DNA of 64,000 bases from an uncultured Planctomycetota bacterium (GCA_963823665.1 CAWGMQ010000010.1:1568001-1632000); one strand, 5' to 3'; counted from the first letter of the stretch, positions 29,325 through 41,158 are shown. Numbers and translations are program-made. Notes: generated by a model from the letters alone, not told the origin.

Positions 29325-29960
29325 TCATGAGTCCAGGAAACCGGGTATTCCCGCGAGGCTGTCCTTGAGCCGTTTGAGCGCGCGGACGTAGCGGTTGCTT
29401 GCCGCGGTCTTGCCGATCGAGAGCACCTGCGCCGTCTCGTTGTTGTTCAGCTCCTCGAAGTGCCGTAGCGTGAGGATCTCTCGATCGATCGGTTCCATGG
29501 CATTGAGGGCCTCCTGCACCCTGAGCTGGAGCTCCGCTCGTTGTGCGGCACGCGTGGGCGAGGTCAGCCGGCCCAGAAGCATCGCGGCCAGTGAGACCGA
29601 GGTGGCCTGCGGCAGCGAGCCATGATAGAGCGAAACCTCGAGCCCCGCGTCCCGCGCCTTGCTGCCCAGGTGTTTCCGGTGAAGCGTGACGAGCCTTTGG
29701 CCCGTGATGAAGCGCAGCCAGAGAAAAACCGGCATCGACGGGCTGGCGACGTACTCGCGCGCCCGCCGGGCAACGTCGATGCAAGCCTCCTGCAACACGT
29801 CCGAGGCGTCGAGCCTTCCCTGGAGCCGGCGATCGAGCCGGAGCTTCACCATCCGCTTGAGCCGTTCGCGATGCGAGGTGAACATCTCGAGGAGCGCAGA
29901 TTCGTCCCCCCGCTCGATACGCTGACGCAGCTCGATCGACACGCTGGAATCCGCTGCCAT
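29325..29960 (-). CDS. ECF sigma factor of the kinase-associated planctomycete type
   Basis: RLKRMVKLRLDRRLQGRLDASDVLQE; LRHFEEL..AASNRYVRALKRL; directly upstream of the kinase. Confidence 0.9.
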   Translation of the reverse strand: MAADSSVSIELRQRIERGDESALLEMFTSHRERLKRMVKLRLDRRLQGRLDASDVLQEACIDVARRAREYVASPSMPVFLWLRFITGQRLVTLHRKHLGSKARDAGLEVSLYHGSLPQATSVSLAAMLLGRLTSPTRAAQRAELQLRVQEALNAMEPIDREILTLRHFEELNNNETAQVLSIGKTAASNRYVRALKRLKDSLAGIPGFLDS

Positions 29961-30051
29961 GATGAGACCCCCCTACAAGGTAACCGCGCGGCAGGGGGAA
30001 TCGTCCACAGAATTCCCGAGTTGGAGGGAGAAGACAGCCAGAGCATACAGA

Positions 30052-32938
30052 CTATGAAGCCTCGTCACGATGCAGCTTCAACTGATCCCCCTCTCTCGTT
30101 GCACCCGGCTCAAACGTTCGCTCGCCCTGCTCGATGTAAGCACCAGGATCATCCGCCTCGTAGCGGCTGCGGAATTGGAGCGCGATTCCCGGCGGCACAC
30201 CGGTGAATCGAAAACCCCCCTGTTCGTCGGTTTGCGCACTCGCAACCGGCTTGAAATCGGATCCCTTCACATAGATCTCGATAACACGGCCGGCCACCGC
30301 CTGACCTTTATCGTCCACGAGTGTTCCCGCATACGTCGCCGTCGCAGCCAGCGTCACGTCAACGACCGAATCGCCCTGAACCTTCGCCGCATAGCCGCTG
30401 AGCTCATGTTCGCGATCGACAAACAACAACGTCGCGGCCTCGGCGTCGAACATCACCTCAAACGATCCGTCCGGATGCGTCACCGGCTCAAACGCGGCAG
30501 GGCGCCCCACGGGTGACTCCGATTGCCACGCGCGAGCCAGAACACCCGGCGAGACCGCAAACGCCTTGCCGTCTCGCAGCAAACGCCCGGTGATCCGTCG
30601 CTTGCCGATCCAGCCGCGGTGGAACTCGACCTCGACAGGCGCATCCGACGTCACTTTGACAGTCTTCTCTTCCTCCCAGTTCTCCGCGACCATCCGCAGC
30701 CCATGCTCGCCCTTCCCCAAGCCCGCGCGTGCGACGCCATGGGAATCGGTCGACAGCCAGGTGCCGACGCCGCCGTAACCCGAGCGCTCTTTGCCTTTGC
30801 TATCGGTCCACTTCACCTCGCGCCGAGTTTTGAGGTCGATCCACACATTCGCCATCGGCTCGCGCCGCGGGCCGCGCGTCACTCGCACCACGAGCGGCGT
30901 CGCCGGATACACGCGGATCGAAACGTCCGCGGGCTTGTTCGAGTCGTTGCCGATGATCTTGCCCTTCCACGCATCACTTGCCCATTTGAGGTCCTCGATG
31001 CCCAGGACATAGCCATGCTCCGAGGGCACGCGCAAAAGGAACGTACCGTCCCTACCCGCGCGGGCATAGGGAATGTCTCCCCGGTTGGTTGGGCCGAAAC
31101 CAAAGCCCGAGACCAGAATTCCAAGGGCACTCGCGCCTTCCGGCATGATCAGTCGACCGCGCACTGTGTGCTCGCGCCGCACATGAAGCGTGGTTCTACC
31201 AGCCTTGATCTCTTTGAAGTCGGCCTCATCGACCTTCCACTCCGAACCGATCGGCCGAGCATCAATAACTTGAAGCTTTTCGCGCGCGCCCACGGCACGG
31301 TCGCTGTCCCCGTGGCATCGGTGCGTACTCGCGTAGTCTCAAACGATGCAGCGCTGATCCAATCCGAATCGTCCGTTCGCACGCTGAGCTCGAGCTCGAT
31401 ATTACCGACGGAATTCCCGCGCTCGTCGACCACACGAATTTGATGCGGAGCGGGCGCCAGGAGCGATAACTCAGTCGCGCCCTCCGGCGCTCGCTCGTCG
31501 AGATTTTGTTTGCCGAAAACGCCCAGCGTGGGATGCCAGGCGACCACTTCGTTGATTCGCTCCTTCGCCGGAACCCGGAGCCGCGCTTTGCCGTCCGGTC
31601 CCGTGATACCCTCAACCTGGAAATCCGTGCCCTTGGCCGCAACGCGGGCCCCCGCCGCCGGATGCCCTTGCGACAAAACCGTGACCTCATGATTCAAGGC
31701 CGGCAGCAGCGTGAGCTCCAGGGGAGCCGCGAGTGTAATCCGCGTCTCGACTGCCCGCACCTTGACCACCGTCTGATAACGACCGTCGGGGGACATCACA
31801 TGCAGCCGGCAGCCGTTCCCGAAGACAGCCTCCAGCGCAAACCGGCCGGATTCGTCCGCGCGGCGGTCGTCGACGGTTCCTCTGACCCCGTGGTGGATCG
31901 CAGAATCGCGCCGGCCACGGGCGACCCATCCCTCAATCGCACAACGCCGCTGGCCCTCAGCATCCCGTCCGATGTGCCGGCAGCCGCTTTGCCTTGCGGC
32001 TCAACCCCAACCAGGGCATCCTTGGTCGCCCGCGCCCGTTCCGGCGCCGCGGTCTGATACCCGTAAACGGCCGCGCCCGTGGCGATCGCCGCGGCCGCGA
32101 GCAAGGCGGCCACGCCCGCGGTCGCGAGCTTGCCGAGGAACATGGCCCGCATCCCTCGTTTCGCGAGTCGCATGACTGCGGCCGGCGCCGCACCGAATGC
32201 GAGCGGCCGCGCCGCGGCCATTGTCACAGCCAGGCGCACAGTGGACGTCGCGAGCGCACCCGGCAGAATCGCCGTCGCCGCGTCTCCAAACGACGAAAAC
32301 GCCATCATCCCGGCCGAAGGGGCAAGACCACGTCGCACCAATCGCGTGCGAAGCAACTCGCGACCGCGCGCCAGCCGGCTCTTCACCGTTCCCACCGGTC
32401 GCCGCATTCGCTGCGCGGCCTGCTCCATCGTGAGGCCCTCCACGCAGCAGAGCACGAGCACGGTTCGATATCGCTGTGGCACGCGATCGAGCTCTTCGAG
32501 GATCGTGGCCCCGAGGTCATCGCTCCCCGAATCGGTAATAGCCCATGCTCTGGATCGGGCGGCATTCCATTCGTGAGTGCGACGGCGCTTTGCAGACGTT
32601 CGCGCCGTGCTGGCCACGTTGTAGGCCACGCTATAGAGCCACGAGGCCAGCGTGTCGCTCCGGCGAATGGAACCGGCCTTGAGAGCCAGAATGAGGAACG
32701 TGGCCTGCACGGCGTCTTCCGCATCATGGACGTCGCGCAACACGGCTTTGCACACGCGCAGCACGGTCGGCCCGTGCCGCTCGACCAGGCCCGCGAACGC
32801 GGTTTCAGCGTCATCGCGGTCGCCGTCGCGCGCCGCGAATCGGTCGAGCAGCTCTGCGTCGCTCATTCCGCCGACTGTCCCCGCCGTGAATAACGCACGG
32901 ATCGATCGGGCTGCTGTCCCGCTCAGCTTCTTTTCCAC
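30052..32938 (-). CDS. ECF sigma factor fused to a TM helix and carboxypeptidase-regulatory-like domains (frameshifts near 31830 and 31285)
   Basis: MSDAELLDRF, DAEDAVQATFLIL, GTVKSRLARGR; three consecutive ORFs join into one domain series. Confidence 0.8.
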
Positions 32939-32996
32939 AGCTCTCGCCTCCGCATGGCAGTGTACGTCTTTCGCAGGATGCCTGACGATACCCAGG

Positions 32997-33024
32997 TAGA
33001 CTTCCGAGCTCGTCCGAGGGTTCC
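32997..33024 (-). promoter_or_regulatory. ECF-type promoter upstream of the ECF gene (possibly autoregulatory)
   Basis: Minus strand GGAAC-N18-GTCTA, ~60 bp upstream of GTG 32938. Confidence 0.55.
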
Positions 33025-33045
33025 AAGTTTTCCGGAATGCGGGGA

Positions 33046-33160
33046 GGGAAACAGGGACGGAAACAGGGACGCAACTAGGGGACGGAAACAGGGACGCAAC
33101 TAGATTTCGATCGATCGGGGGGACGGAAACACGGACGCAGCTAGATTTCGATCGATCGGG
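33046..33160. repeat. Nested tandem repeats GGACGGAAACA(G/C)GGACGCA (family E)
   Basis: Three to four stuttered copies; same motif at 36433 and 36492. Confidence 0.85.
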
Positions 33161-33282
33161 CACTCCAGGACCGTTGCCGCAGGTACTGACGAAGAGGAGC
33201 CTCACGAGGCTGGTCCCTGGCTCGACATCGAAGAACGCAGATTCTGCACCGCTCGCGGCCTGAGGCGAGCCGGTCCCCGATA

Positions 33283-33486
33283 CCAACCCGAAGCGTCAGC
33301 GAGGGCGCCGGCGTCTGACAGTCGACGACTTTGGAAGGGCTCGTTGCAGCATTTTGATGTTGCGTTGTCGGTCCGTCGCCCCGAACGGGGCAACCACAAA
33401 CCAGCCCAGGGCATCGCCCTAGGTTTCCGAGGCATCGCCCTAGGTTTCCGAGGCATCGCCCTGCGTGCTCGAGGCAACACCTTGGG
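33283..33486. repeat. REP-like cluster: CCAACCCGAAGCGTCAGCGAGGG, a family-B hairpin and 21-bp tandem repeats
   Basis: GCCCCGAACGGGGC..AGCCCAGGGCATCGCCCT, then (GGCATCGCCCTAGGTTTCCGA) x2.5. Confidence 0.7.
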
Positions 33487-33841
33487 CCCGGATCTCTCTT
33501 TCAAAATAAGTCTCCGATTTGCAGCGGCGCCGACGCCCAGGTAAGATATGCCGGTGCTGCTTGGCGGACCTCGTGTTGCTCCGCAAGCTCGGAAGGGACC
33601 ACCGCGAACGCGTGGCCGACGATGCTTACTCCTTAGAATAACCTCACTTGCGCAATTCACTCACGCTTCACACCCCGGCGCCGTCATGATCTCGCCGGTT
33701 CCATTCGGAGTGAATTTTCGGAATTTCGAAAAATTCCGCGTCCGATTTTCGTCCCGTTTGGAGCCATAGTGATCAGGGTGCCATTCGTGCTGGGATTTGG
33801 TCGAGGCCCGGTGACATCGTCGTCCAGCTCAATCCACTGAG

Positions 33842-36430
33842 GTGCGCACCGTGTTGACAACATCGCAGCGGCTCGTGAATTCACTTCAAATCACTCATCG
33901 CCTGCTTCGCCGGCGTCACGCCGCGGCCACGGCAACGCGGCGGAATCACCGCCCGCGCCTCGAGGTCCTCGAGGACCGCCTCGTTCTGTCCTACAGTCTG
34001 ACCCCGCTGGCCACATTCAGCGGCCTCGCGCACGGACCGTCTCTCACCCCGGTGGTGGACAGCAGCGGCGACGTGTAGTACACCGGCGGACCGAGCGGCC
34101 TCGTCAAGATCGCCGGGCCGAACAATACGACAACCATTGCCTTCCCCACAGGCACAAACTTCGCCGGGGATCTGGCTGTCGACAGCCAGGGCGACGTTTT
34201 CGGGCAGGCGAGTGATAGTAGTTTTATTAGTAGTCCTGACAACTATCCGATCGGGATCTTCGAGGTGCAGGCGGGGCAGACGGCAGCTCAGATTACACCG
34301 GCGAACGAAAACTTTGGAATTTATGCGCCGGACCTTACGGGCCTGGCCGTCGACAACAACGGGAACATTTATGGCCTGACGTGGGGCTTCGTCGCACTAG
34401 GTGTCAACAATCCGGTGGCTCTGGTATGGCAAATGTCTGATACCGGCGGTCCGATCACTCTGCTGGCGGAGTCCCAGTTTCCCACCGAGTCGGATACTTC
34501 GACGTTCACCACCGGCAGCCTGACGCTCTCGGGCAATGTTCTCTATGGCACGACCAGCGGAAGCCAGCCGGGGTACAACACCGTGTTTTCGGTGCCGGTC
34601 AGTGGCCTGCCCACAATCTACGGATTCCCGACCGGAGGACCCTTCAACATCCTGGGCAACTTCACGAGCCCCGTCGACCCCGAGATCGTCGTCCAGGGCA
34701 ACTTCGTTTACGGCGTATTGGACTTCGATTCGGTGTTCAAGCTGCCGGTTGGCGCAGGCACGCCCCAGACGCCCCAGTTTTTTCCGATCACCGTCGGGTC
34801 AGGTACGTGGGGCGGCCTGGCTGCGGACGGGTCGACGATGCTCGGTGTCCTCAATGCTGGGAGCGCAGGCGGAACGCCTTCAATTTTCTCCGTGAATTTT
34901 GCGACGGCGACCCCGACCTTCCAGACCCTGACGACGTTCTCGTCGCTCAACCAGAGCCCGGAATCCGGTCTCGCCGTGGACAGCCTGGGAAATGCCTACG
35001 GCTTGTCATACGGATCGACGGGCTCGGTGGACGTATACGAGCTAAGCGTGTCGCCCCCCCCGCAGACCAGTGTGGAAACGTTCACATGGTCCGGCGCCGT
35101 CAATAAAGATTGGAGCGACTCGAAGAACTGGCAGGGCGGCGTCGCTCCAGTACCGGGCCAGGAAGTGAATCTGATCTTTCCCGCGAGCGCGAAGCATCGC
35201 ACCAATATCGACGACGTCCCCACCCTGATCGTGGACGCGCTGCAGATCGACGGCAATTACGTCATCAAGGGTAGTGGTGCGCTAGGGCTCGACGGCACTC
35301 TCACCGTGAGTGCGCCCAAGCTCTGCTCAATCTCGAATCCGATCGTGCTAACCGGCCAGGTAACCGCCACGGTGAGCAGAGGTGAGCTGGACCTGGACGG
35401 CGAAATCGGGGGCAGTGGCGGTCTCGTCATCGTCGGGCCTGGCACGCTCGGCCTCGGCCACTCGAACAACGCCTATTCCGGGGACACCGTTCTACAGAGC
35501 GGAACCCTGGCTGGTAAAGCAAACGGCTGCGCGGGCACTGGGACGCTCAGGTTGCTCGGCGGCACGCTCGAATCTGGCGGGCGCCCCGACCACAAACTGG
35601 AATTGGCAAACCAAGTGATTGTCGGCGGCAACGTGATAATCTCAGGCTCGAAAAAGGACGAACCTGACGCGGTGCTCCTGCAAGGCTCCGTCATGGTGAC
35701 CGCGAGCAGCATATTGTTTCTTTCCACAGCATTCAACGTGACGAATGGCATTGATGTCTCGGCTGGATCCACGTTGACGCTGCTTGCAGAATCCGATTCC
35801 ACAGACAATCTCACCGGCTTGTTTTCAGGCCATATCGATTTTGACGGGGGAAGTAGAGGACTTGTCGTGAAGGCTCAGGGACAACTGGCTCCGGGCGCGA
35901 TGTGGGATCTGTTGGAAGGGTCGACCTTGGATCCTCAATTGATTGGAGACGGCGCCATCAATGTCGCCGGCGGAGCGCTGTATTGCGGCGAACTCGATAG
36001 TTCGACTCTCGCGAATTTCGGCGGAACCGTGACCCTGACGCTTGGATTCATCTATACCGAGTACAGCCTTGGCACGGGCCCACTCAACTTGATCGACGGC
36101 GACCTCGAGGTTTTTGGCCATCGCGCTCTCAACTTGACCAACTCGCAGACCACACTTTCCGGAAGAGTAGTTTTGGAAGGCTGTTCTCCCAGTGACCCCC
36201 TGAACGTCCGCGGGGCAGTAGTCGTCACCGGCGACGCTACGCTGTTTCTTCGCAGTACGCTGGCACTCCATGGCCTCTCAACCGACCAAATCACGTTCTT
36301 CCAACCGGTCACCTTCGCCGGCGAAACATTACTACTTACCTTCGCGGGAGATGGGAGTGTGACGCTGCCGAACTCCTCTTCACCGCAGGTAAGAACAGGC
36401 GGGAGCGACGTTACAGTGATGCCTGACTGA
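33842..36430 (+). pseudogene. LEPR-XLL extracellular protein with beta-propeller-like and autotransporter-associated beta-strand repeats; single in-frame TAG at 34076-34078
   Basis: RPRLEVLEDRLVLS; ORFs 33842 and 34265 share a frame; GSGGLVIVGPGTL..NAYSGDT. Confidence 0.8.
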
Positions 36431-36432
36431 AT

Positions 36433-36550
36433 GGACGGAAACACGGACGCAGATAGAATTCGGTCGACCCAGACGATCCACAGTCCTCCGGGGACGGAAA
36501 CCGGGACGCAGATAGAATTTGGTCGACCCAGACGATCCACAGTCCTCCGG
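36433..36550. repeat. 59-bp tandem duplication (family E)
   Basis: Units start at 36433 and 36492 and are nearly identical. Confidence 0.9.
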
Positions 36551-36714
36551 TACCGCCGCGGTTCGTGAATTCAGTACCGCAGATCGCGGCGAGTCGCACC
36601 ATCCAGGGAGTGCGAGGCTCTCGGCGAGCCGCGCGGGCGATGGCCTCGCACTCAGCGGCACCGCCTGATATATTGCACGCTCATCCTTCTAGCAGCAGCG
36701 AACCGTGAAGGGAC

Positions 36715-37203
36715 TTGACTGTGGACTCAACTCCCATACTCCTGGGACTTCTCCTCGCCAGCGTGCTCCTGATCTCCCTCGTGGCGATCATCGGCGGATT
36801 CCTGCACACCAAACGTGAGCGCCTTCTTACTCATCAAGAGCGAATGAAGGCACTGGAAGTCGGCCGCGACCTGCCCGGCGACGCGGCAACCGCGCGATCC
36901 AAGACAATATTCGGCGATTCCTCGAGCGACGCCGCGGATGACCAGAACCAGTCGCTTCCGCGCAAAGTCTTCACGACGACGCTCTGGATCGCGTTCTGGG
37001 GATTCCTGTTCGGCGGCCCGGCGGGAGCGGCGAACCACGCCGTCGCGATCGCGATGGCCGCGTCCGTGGGCGCCATCGGCGTCACCGCGATGATCTGCGG
37101 CACGATCCTGGCAATGAGACTTCCCACCACGCAGGCCACGAGCACCACTTCCAAGCCCAGCATCGAGAGCGACGCGTTCGACGTCGTATCCCGCCGGGGC
37201 TGA
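36715..37203 (+). CDS. DUF6249-like membrane protein
   Basis: TM helix, then KRERLLTHQERMKALEVG, then two TM helices. Confidence 0.6.
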   Translation: MTVDSTPILLGLLLASVLLISLVAIIGGFLHTKRERLLTHQERMKALEVGRDLPGDAATARSKTIFGDSSSDAADDQNQSLPRKVFTTTLWIAFWGFLFGGPAGAANHAVAIAMAASVGAIGVTAMICGTILAMRLPTTQATSTTSKPSIESDAFDVVSRRG

Positions 37204-37358
37204 GGCCGCCTCTCATTGCTGCGCCTTCCGTGGTCAACGACTCCGCACCGTAGCCGCGCCGGTTCTGGCTCCTCGAACGGGCTTTCATTATGATCAATGG
37301 AAACGGTTCGAGCTTCAACGATCGGTGTTCTGCAGCAGCGAATCACCCGAGGTCCGCC

Positions 37359-38156
37359 ATGAATGAGCTAGACGACCGTCTTGCAGGCGATGAGGTCTGG
37401 GAACTATTTCCCGCACGCGCTGCCACCCCGTCACGAGCATCTCGAATCGCGCTTGCCGCGCGCTGGCTCGTCTGGGCCTGCGCCGTCGCGGCGATCTGGC
37501 TGTTATCGCCCCCGGTGGCCATTGTGATGGCCGGTCTGGTGATTTCCGCCGGTGATTTCCGACACGCCCGCCAGCTTGCCCGTTCCATTCCCGACAAGGC
37601 CGGTGGTGCAATTTGCGCGCTCTTCGGCTGTGCCTGGGGCGTCTGGAAATTCGCGATGACCACTCTCGCGTTGCTGATCCCGGTCGCGATCTGGGGCATG
37701 AACCAACCAGAAATGGCATCGACATTCATACCATCGCTGCTGATCTCGTTGTGCGGTCACGTGCTCTCGGCAGCGTTAACCGCCGCCGGCCTGATTGGTG
37801 CCTATCGCTCCGATATGCGAGTCTGGATAGGCGAAGGAGTCAACCGGGCCAGGCTGCTCTTGCTCGCGATGCTACTCGTAGTGTTCACATTCGCCGTGAT
37901 CGGTCCCGTGTGCTTCTGGCTCGCCATGAGCCCTACACCCAGCGGCGTTGCTCCAGTGAATGTGTTCATTCTGGCGGTCCTGGGCGTGTCCTTGGGCGGC
38001 GCCTTCGTGCTGCTTCTGATTCTTGACTGGCTATCCGCGCACGTCGTGGCCGATCGCCCCGCCAGGTTCGGCGCTAAGGTGCCCGCCGTGGGTAAATGGG
38101 ATTCGTATAGCCGAGAAAGTGAAAGGGACAAACTTCAGATCGCCCGGGTACCGTGA
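37359..38156 (+). CDS. Multi-pass membrane protein, paralog 1 of 3
   Basis: MNELDDRLAGDxxWELFP..AYRSxMRVWIGEGVN..VVADRPxxFGxKVPAVGKW. Confidence 0.85.
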   Translation: MNELDDRLAGDEVWELFPARAATPSRASRIALAARWLVWACAVAAIWLLSPPVAIVMAGLVISAGDFRHARQLARSIPDKAGGAICALFGCAWGVWKFAMTTLALLIPVAIWGMNQPEMASTFIPSLLISLCGHVLSAALTAAGLIGAYRSDMRVWIGEGVNRARLLLLAMLLVVFTFAVIGPVCFWLAMSPTPSGVAPVNVFILAVLGVSLGGAFVLLLILDWLSAHVVADRPARFGAKVPAVGKWDSYSRESERDKLQIARVP

Positions 38157-38935
38157 TGAATGAACTCGACGATCGGCTTGCCGGCGACCTGATCTGGGAG
38201 TTGTTTCCCGAGCGGGCAGTCAGCCCGGAGCCAACGTCTCGACCGGCACGCGCCTTGTTGTGGCTAGCGGGTGCCTGCGCGGTCGCCGCAATCTGGCAGT
38301 GGTCTCCTCCACTGGCCGTGGTCACGGCCTGTGTCGCCGTTGCGGCCGGGGATATTCGCCATGGCCGCCAGCTTGCCCGAGCCGTTCCCGACAGGGCAGG
38401 GGGTGCCATCTGTGCTCGATTTGCGTATGCATGGGGCGCCTGGAAGCTCGCCATGACCGCTCTCCCATTCACATTTCTGACACCATTCTTGGCCCAGGCA
38501 GGCTCAGGCGGCGAGATTCAGCCTTACCCGCCACCTGCGTTCGTCGCATCGTTGCTGCTCTTGGTGTCCGGTCACGTGCTGTCGGCGACTCTCACGGCCA
38601 GCGGCATGCTTCGCGCCTATCGCTCGGGCATGCGAGTCTGGGTCGGTGAAGGGGTGAACCAGGCCAGGCTGCTCTTGCTCTGCATGCTGCTGGTCGTGTT
38701 CACTTTCGCCGTTCTCGGGCCGCTCGGCGTCTGGCTTGCCGCGAGCGCTCCAAACGCACGCGACGCCGGCGACGTGGCCCGAGTAAACGTGGTCGTCGCG
38801 GCGACTCTCATTTCGATCCTGGGCGGTGCATTCGTACTGCTCGTGATTCTCGACGGGCTCTCTCGGCGCGTCGTCGCCGACCGCCCCGGCAAGTTCGGAC
38901 CGAAAGTACCGGCCGTAGGAAAGTGGGATACATAG
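38156..38935 (+). CDS. Multi-pass membrane protein, paralog 2 of 3
   Basis: Same conserved blocks; start overlaps the stop of paralog 1. Confidence 0.85.
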   Translation: MNELDDRLAGDLIWELFPERAVSPEPTSRPARALLWLAGACAVAAIWQWSPPLAVVTACVAVAAGDIRHGRQLARAVPDRAGGAICARFAYAWGAWKLAMTALPFTFLTPFLAQAGSGGEIQPYPPPAFVASLLLLVSGHVLSATLTASGMLRAYRSGMRVWVGEGVNQARLLLLCMLLVVFTFAVLGPLGVWLAASAPNARDAGDVARVNVVVAATLISILGGAFVLLVILDGLSRRVVADRPGKFGPKVPAVGKWDT

Positions 38936-39041
38936 AATCGAGAACGCGACGGAAAGTGCCTATAATAAAGAAGCGGCCCTTCGAGCCGGTGATTTCCGAC
39001 CGGCGAGAACACTGAGTTCTCCAGGCTGAGGGGATGACGCC

Positions 39042-39824
39042 GTGAACGAGATCGACGACCGTCTTGCCGGCGACGCGATCTGGGAGCTGTTTCCCAACAG
39101 CGTTGTACGGCAACCTCCGGCATCCAGCGTCCGGCGCATAGTGTGGTGGCTGGCGGCGGCCGGTGCGATTGTGGGAATCTGGTTCATCTCTCCCGCGTTG
39201 GCCGTCGCGACGACTTGCCTTGTGGTTTCGGAGCGTGATTTCCGGCGCGGACTGCGGCTTGCCCAGTCCGTTCCCGACAAATCCGGAGGCACAATCTGCG
39301 CGTTGTTCAGTTATAGCTGGGGCGCCTCGAAGTTCGGCGTAACGGCTCTCGAGTTCGTCATTCCGATCTTGATGGCATTGTTGTTTCGAACCAAGTCTGG
39401 TGGGCCACTCCCGCACGGGCTCCGAGCGGCGTTCATCGCATCGTTACTGCTGGCTGCGGGTGGTCTCCTCGTGTCGGCGACACTGACGGCCGCCGGCTTG
39501 GTTCGCGCCTACCGCTCGAGCATGCGAGTCTGGATTGGTGAAGGGGTAAACCAGGCGGGGCTGCTCTTTTTCGGCATGCTGCTCACCATACTCGCGTTCG
39601 CCGTCATCGTGCCTATCGGCGTCTGTCTCGCCGCGGTCGATCCGCAAGCAAGTCGACTGGGCGAAGTGATCTCCGCGACGGGGACCATTGGGTTGATCCT
39701 GGCGATGCTGGTTGGCCCGGTCGTCATTCTCGTCATCCTCGACCGGATCTGTAACCACGTCGTGGCCGATCGCCCCGGCAAGTTCGGCCCCAAGGTGCCG
39801 GCGGTGGGCAAGTGGAGCTCATGA
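39042..39824 (+). CDS. Multi-pass membrane protein, paralog 3 of 3
   Basis: Same blocks; GTG start; TATAAT ~80 bp upstream. Confidence 0.85.
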   Translation: MNEIDDRLAGDAIWELFPNSVVRQPPASSVRRIVWWLAAAGAIVGIWFISPALAVATTCLVVSERDFRRGLRLAQSVPDKSGGTICALFSYSWGASKFGVTALEFVIPILMALLFRTKSGGPLPHGLRAAFIASLLLAAGGLLVSATLTAAGLVRAYRSSMRVWIGEGVNQAGLLFFGMLLTILAFAVIVPIGVCLAAVDPQASRLGEVISATGTIGLILAMLVGPVVILVILDRICNHVVADRPGKFGPKVPAVGKWSS

Positions 39825-41153
39825 ATGACCGCGCCACCGGCTTCCACCGAACGAGAATCGATCCCGATCAGGATCGCTCTCTCGCCGCTCCGCGCCATCG
39901 AACGGGCACGCGGCTGGCGCCGGTTCGCGCTGCTGGCAGTTTACGCGGTCATCGCCGTCGTGGTCGGTGCATTCTTGTGGCGCCGTTCCGAGCTTGCCGG
40001 GTTACCTGATGTCGGTGAGCCGTTTGACGTCGCAGCCGCGCGCTGGCCCGCCCCTGTGCCCGGTGATCGCAACGCATTCCCCTCATATCAGCGCGCCGCA
40101 GCGCGATTCCAGGACATGACCGCGACCGTTGGTTCGTCGTTCAACAACGCCAATCTTTCCTGGTCCAGGGCCGATGCGACGATGCGCGCCTGGGTCGCCG
40201 CGAACGATGAGGCGATCTCCCTGATGCTCGCCGGCTCGGAACGGCTCGAGTTCGTTCCCGAATTATCCAGAAGCCTGTCCGGCCAGGATGCGAACATGGC
40301 CAAAACCGAGCTCGCCCGGCGCATCGGCTGGATTGGCACCGCCGGCCTTTTCAAGGCAGGGCGCCTTCGTGCCGAAGATGACCATGCCGGCGCATGGAAG
40401 CTGTTACAAGCCGTGGTCCGCGCCAGTCGCCACATCGAGTGGTCCCTGCCGTCGGCTGGTCGAACCCACGGGATCATGCTGGCTCAGTACGCTCGCGAGC
40501 CGGTCGCCGAATGGGCGCGCGATAAGGGCACCACAGCCGCGATGCTGCATCAGGCCTTGGCCGACCTCGCCGCCACCGAGAGTCTCACACCTCCGCTCAG
40601 TTCGTTCTATCGTCAGGAATACCTTGGTACCCTGGAGTCATTGACGCCGCCGAAACCGTTCTTCACAGGCCAACCCTCGCAGCCAGCGAATCCCGCCCAG
40701 CGCCCGTTCGTTCCTTACTTGCCGGCATTGGACGCGTTCTTGCACGGCGAGCCCGAACGCAGCCGCCGCGTGCTGAGCTTGCTCGCCGCAAATGACCTGG
40801 CCTGGTGCGATCGACCGGGCATTGCGCGACCGATGCTGGCGATCTCCAGGCTTCAAATCTATGAAGGAGACCCGGCTGCGCCGGAATCCACCCGCGCCCT
40901 CGCGCCCGACGAGCTTGCCCGCTGGGCCGACACCGCTACGATCACGCCGACCTTGACCTGGCGGTTGGGCGAGATCGAGAAGTGGGACGGAATCGATCGC
41001 TGGTCGATGAATGCGCTGACGGAGTCGGTCGCCGTGTCGTTATTCACGAAGGAGACGGGCCGGAAGCCGGCTTCGGCAGCGGAGGCGCTGAAACGATATC
41101 GGCCCACTCCCGGGGCTGCACCCGATCGCGATGAGGCCGAACCCATACGCTGA
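39825..41153 (+). CDS. Single-TM helical extracytoplasmic protein, copy 1
   Basis: 442 aa; TM helix, LPDVGEPFD..DRNAF..Y, EPERSRRVL; abuts paralog 3. Confidence 0.8.
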   Translation: MTAPPASTERESIPIRIALSPLRAIERARGWRRFALLAVYAVIAVVVGAFLWRRSELAGLPDVGEPFDVAAARWPAPVPGDRNAFPSYQRAAARFQDMTATVGSSFNNANLSWSRADATMRAWVAANDEAISLMLAGSERLEFVPELSRSLSGQDANMAKTELARRIGWIGTAGLFKAGRLRAEDDHAGAWKLLQAVVRASRHIEWSLPSAGRTHGIMLAQYAREPVAEWARDKGTTAAMLHQALADLAATESLTPPLSSFYRQEYLGTLESLTPPKPFFTGQPSQPANPAQRPFVPYLPALDAFLHGEPERSRRVLSLLAANDLAWCDRPGIARPMLAISRLQIYEGDPAAPESTRALAPDELARWADTATITPTLTWRLGEIEKWDGIDRWSMNALTESVAVSLFTKETGRKPASAAEALKRYRPTPGAAPDRDEAEPIR

Positions 41154-41158
41154 CTGTT

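Noticed and set aside
28156..29391. Long + strand ORF (also 54510-55586, 62764-63990 and similar)
   Set aside because: Antisense shadows of clear genes; expected in high-GC DNA
34076..34078. Stop-codon reassignment or pyrrolysine read-through at TAG
   Set aside because: Internal stops in the window are a mix of TAG, TAA and TGA, and several intact genes end normally at TAG
36433..36550. CRISPR-like mini-array
   Set aside because: A simple two-unit tandem duplication with identical 'spacers'
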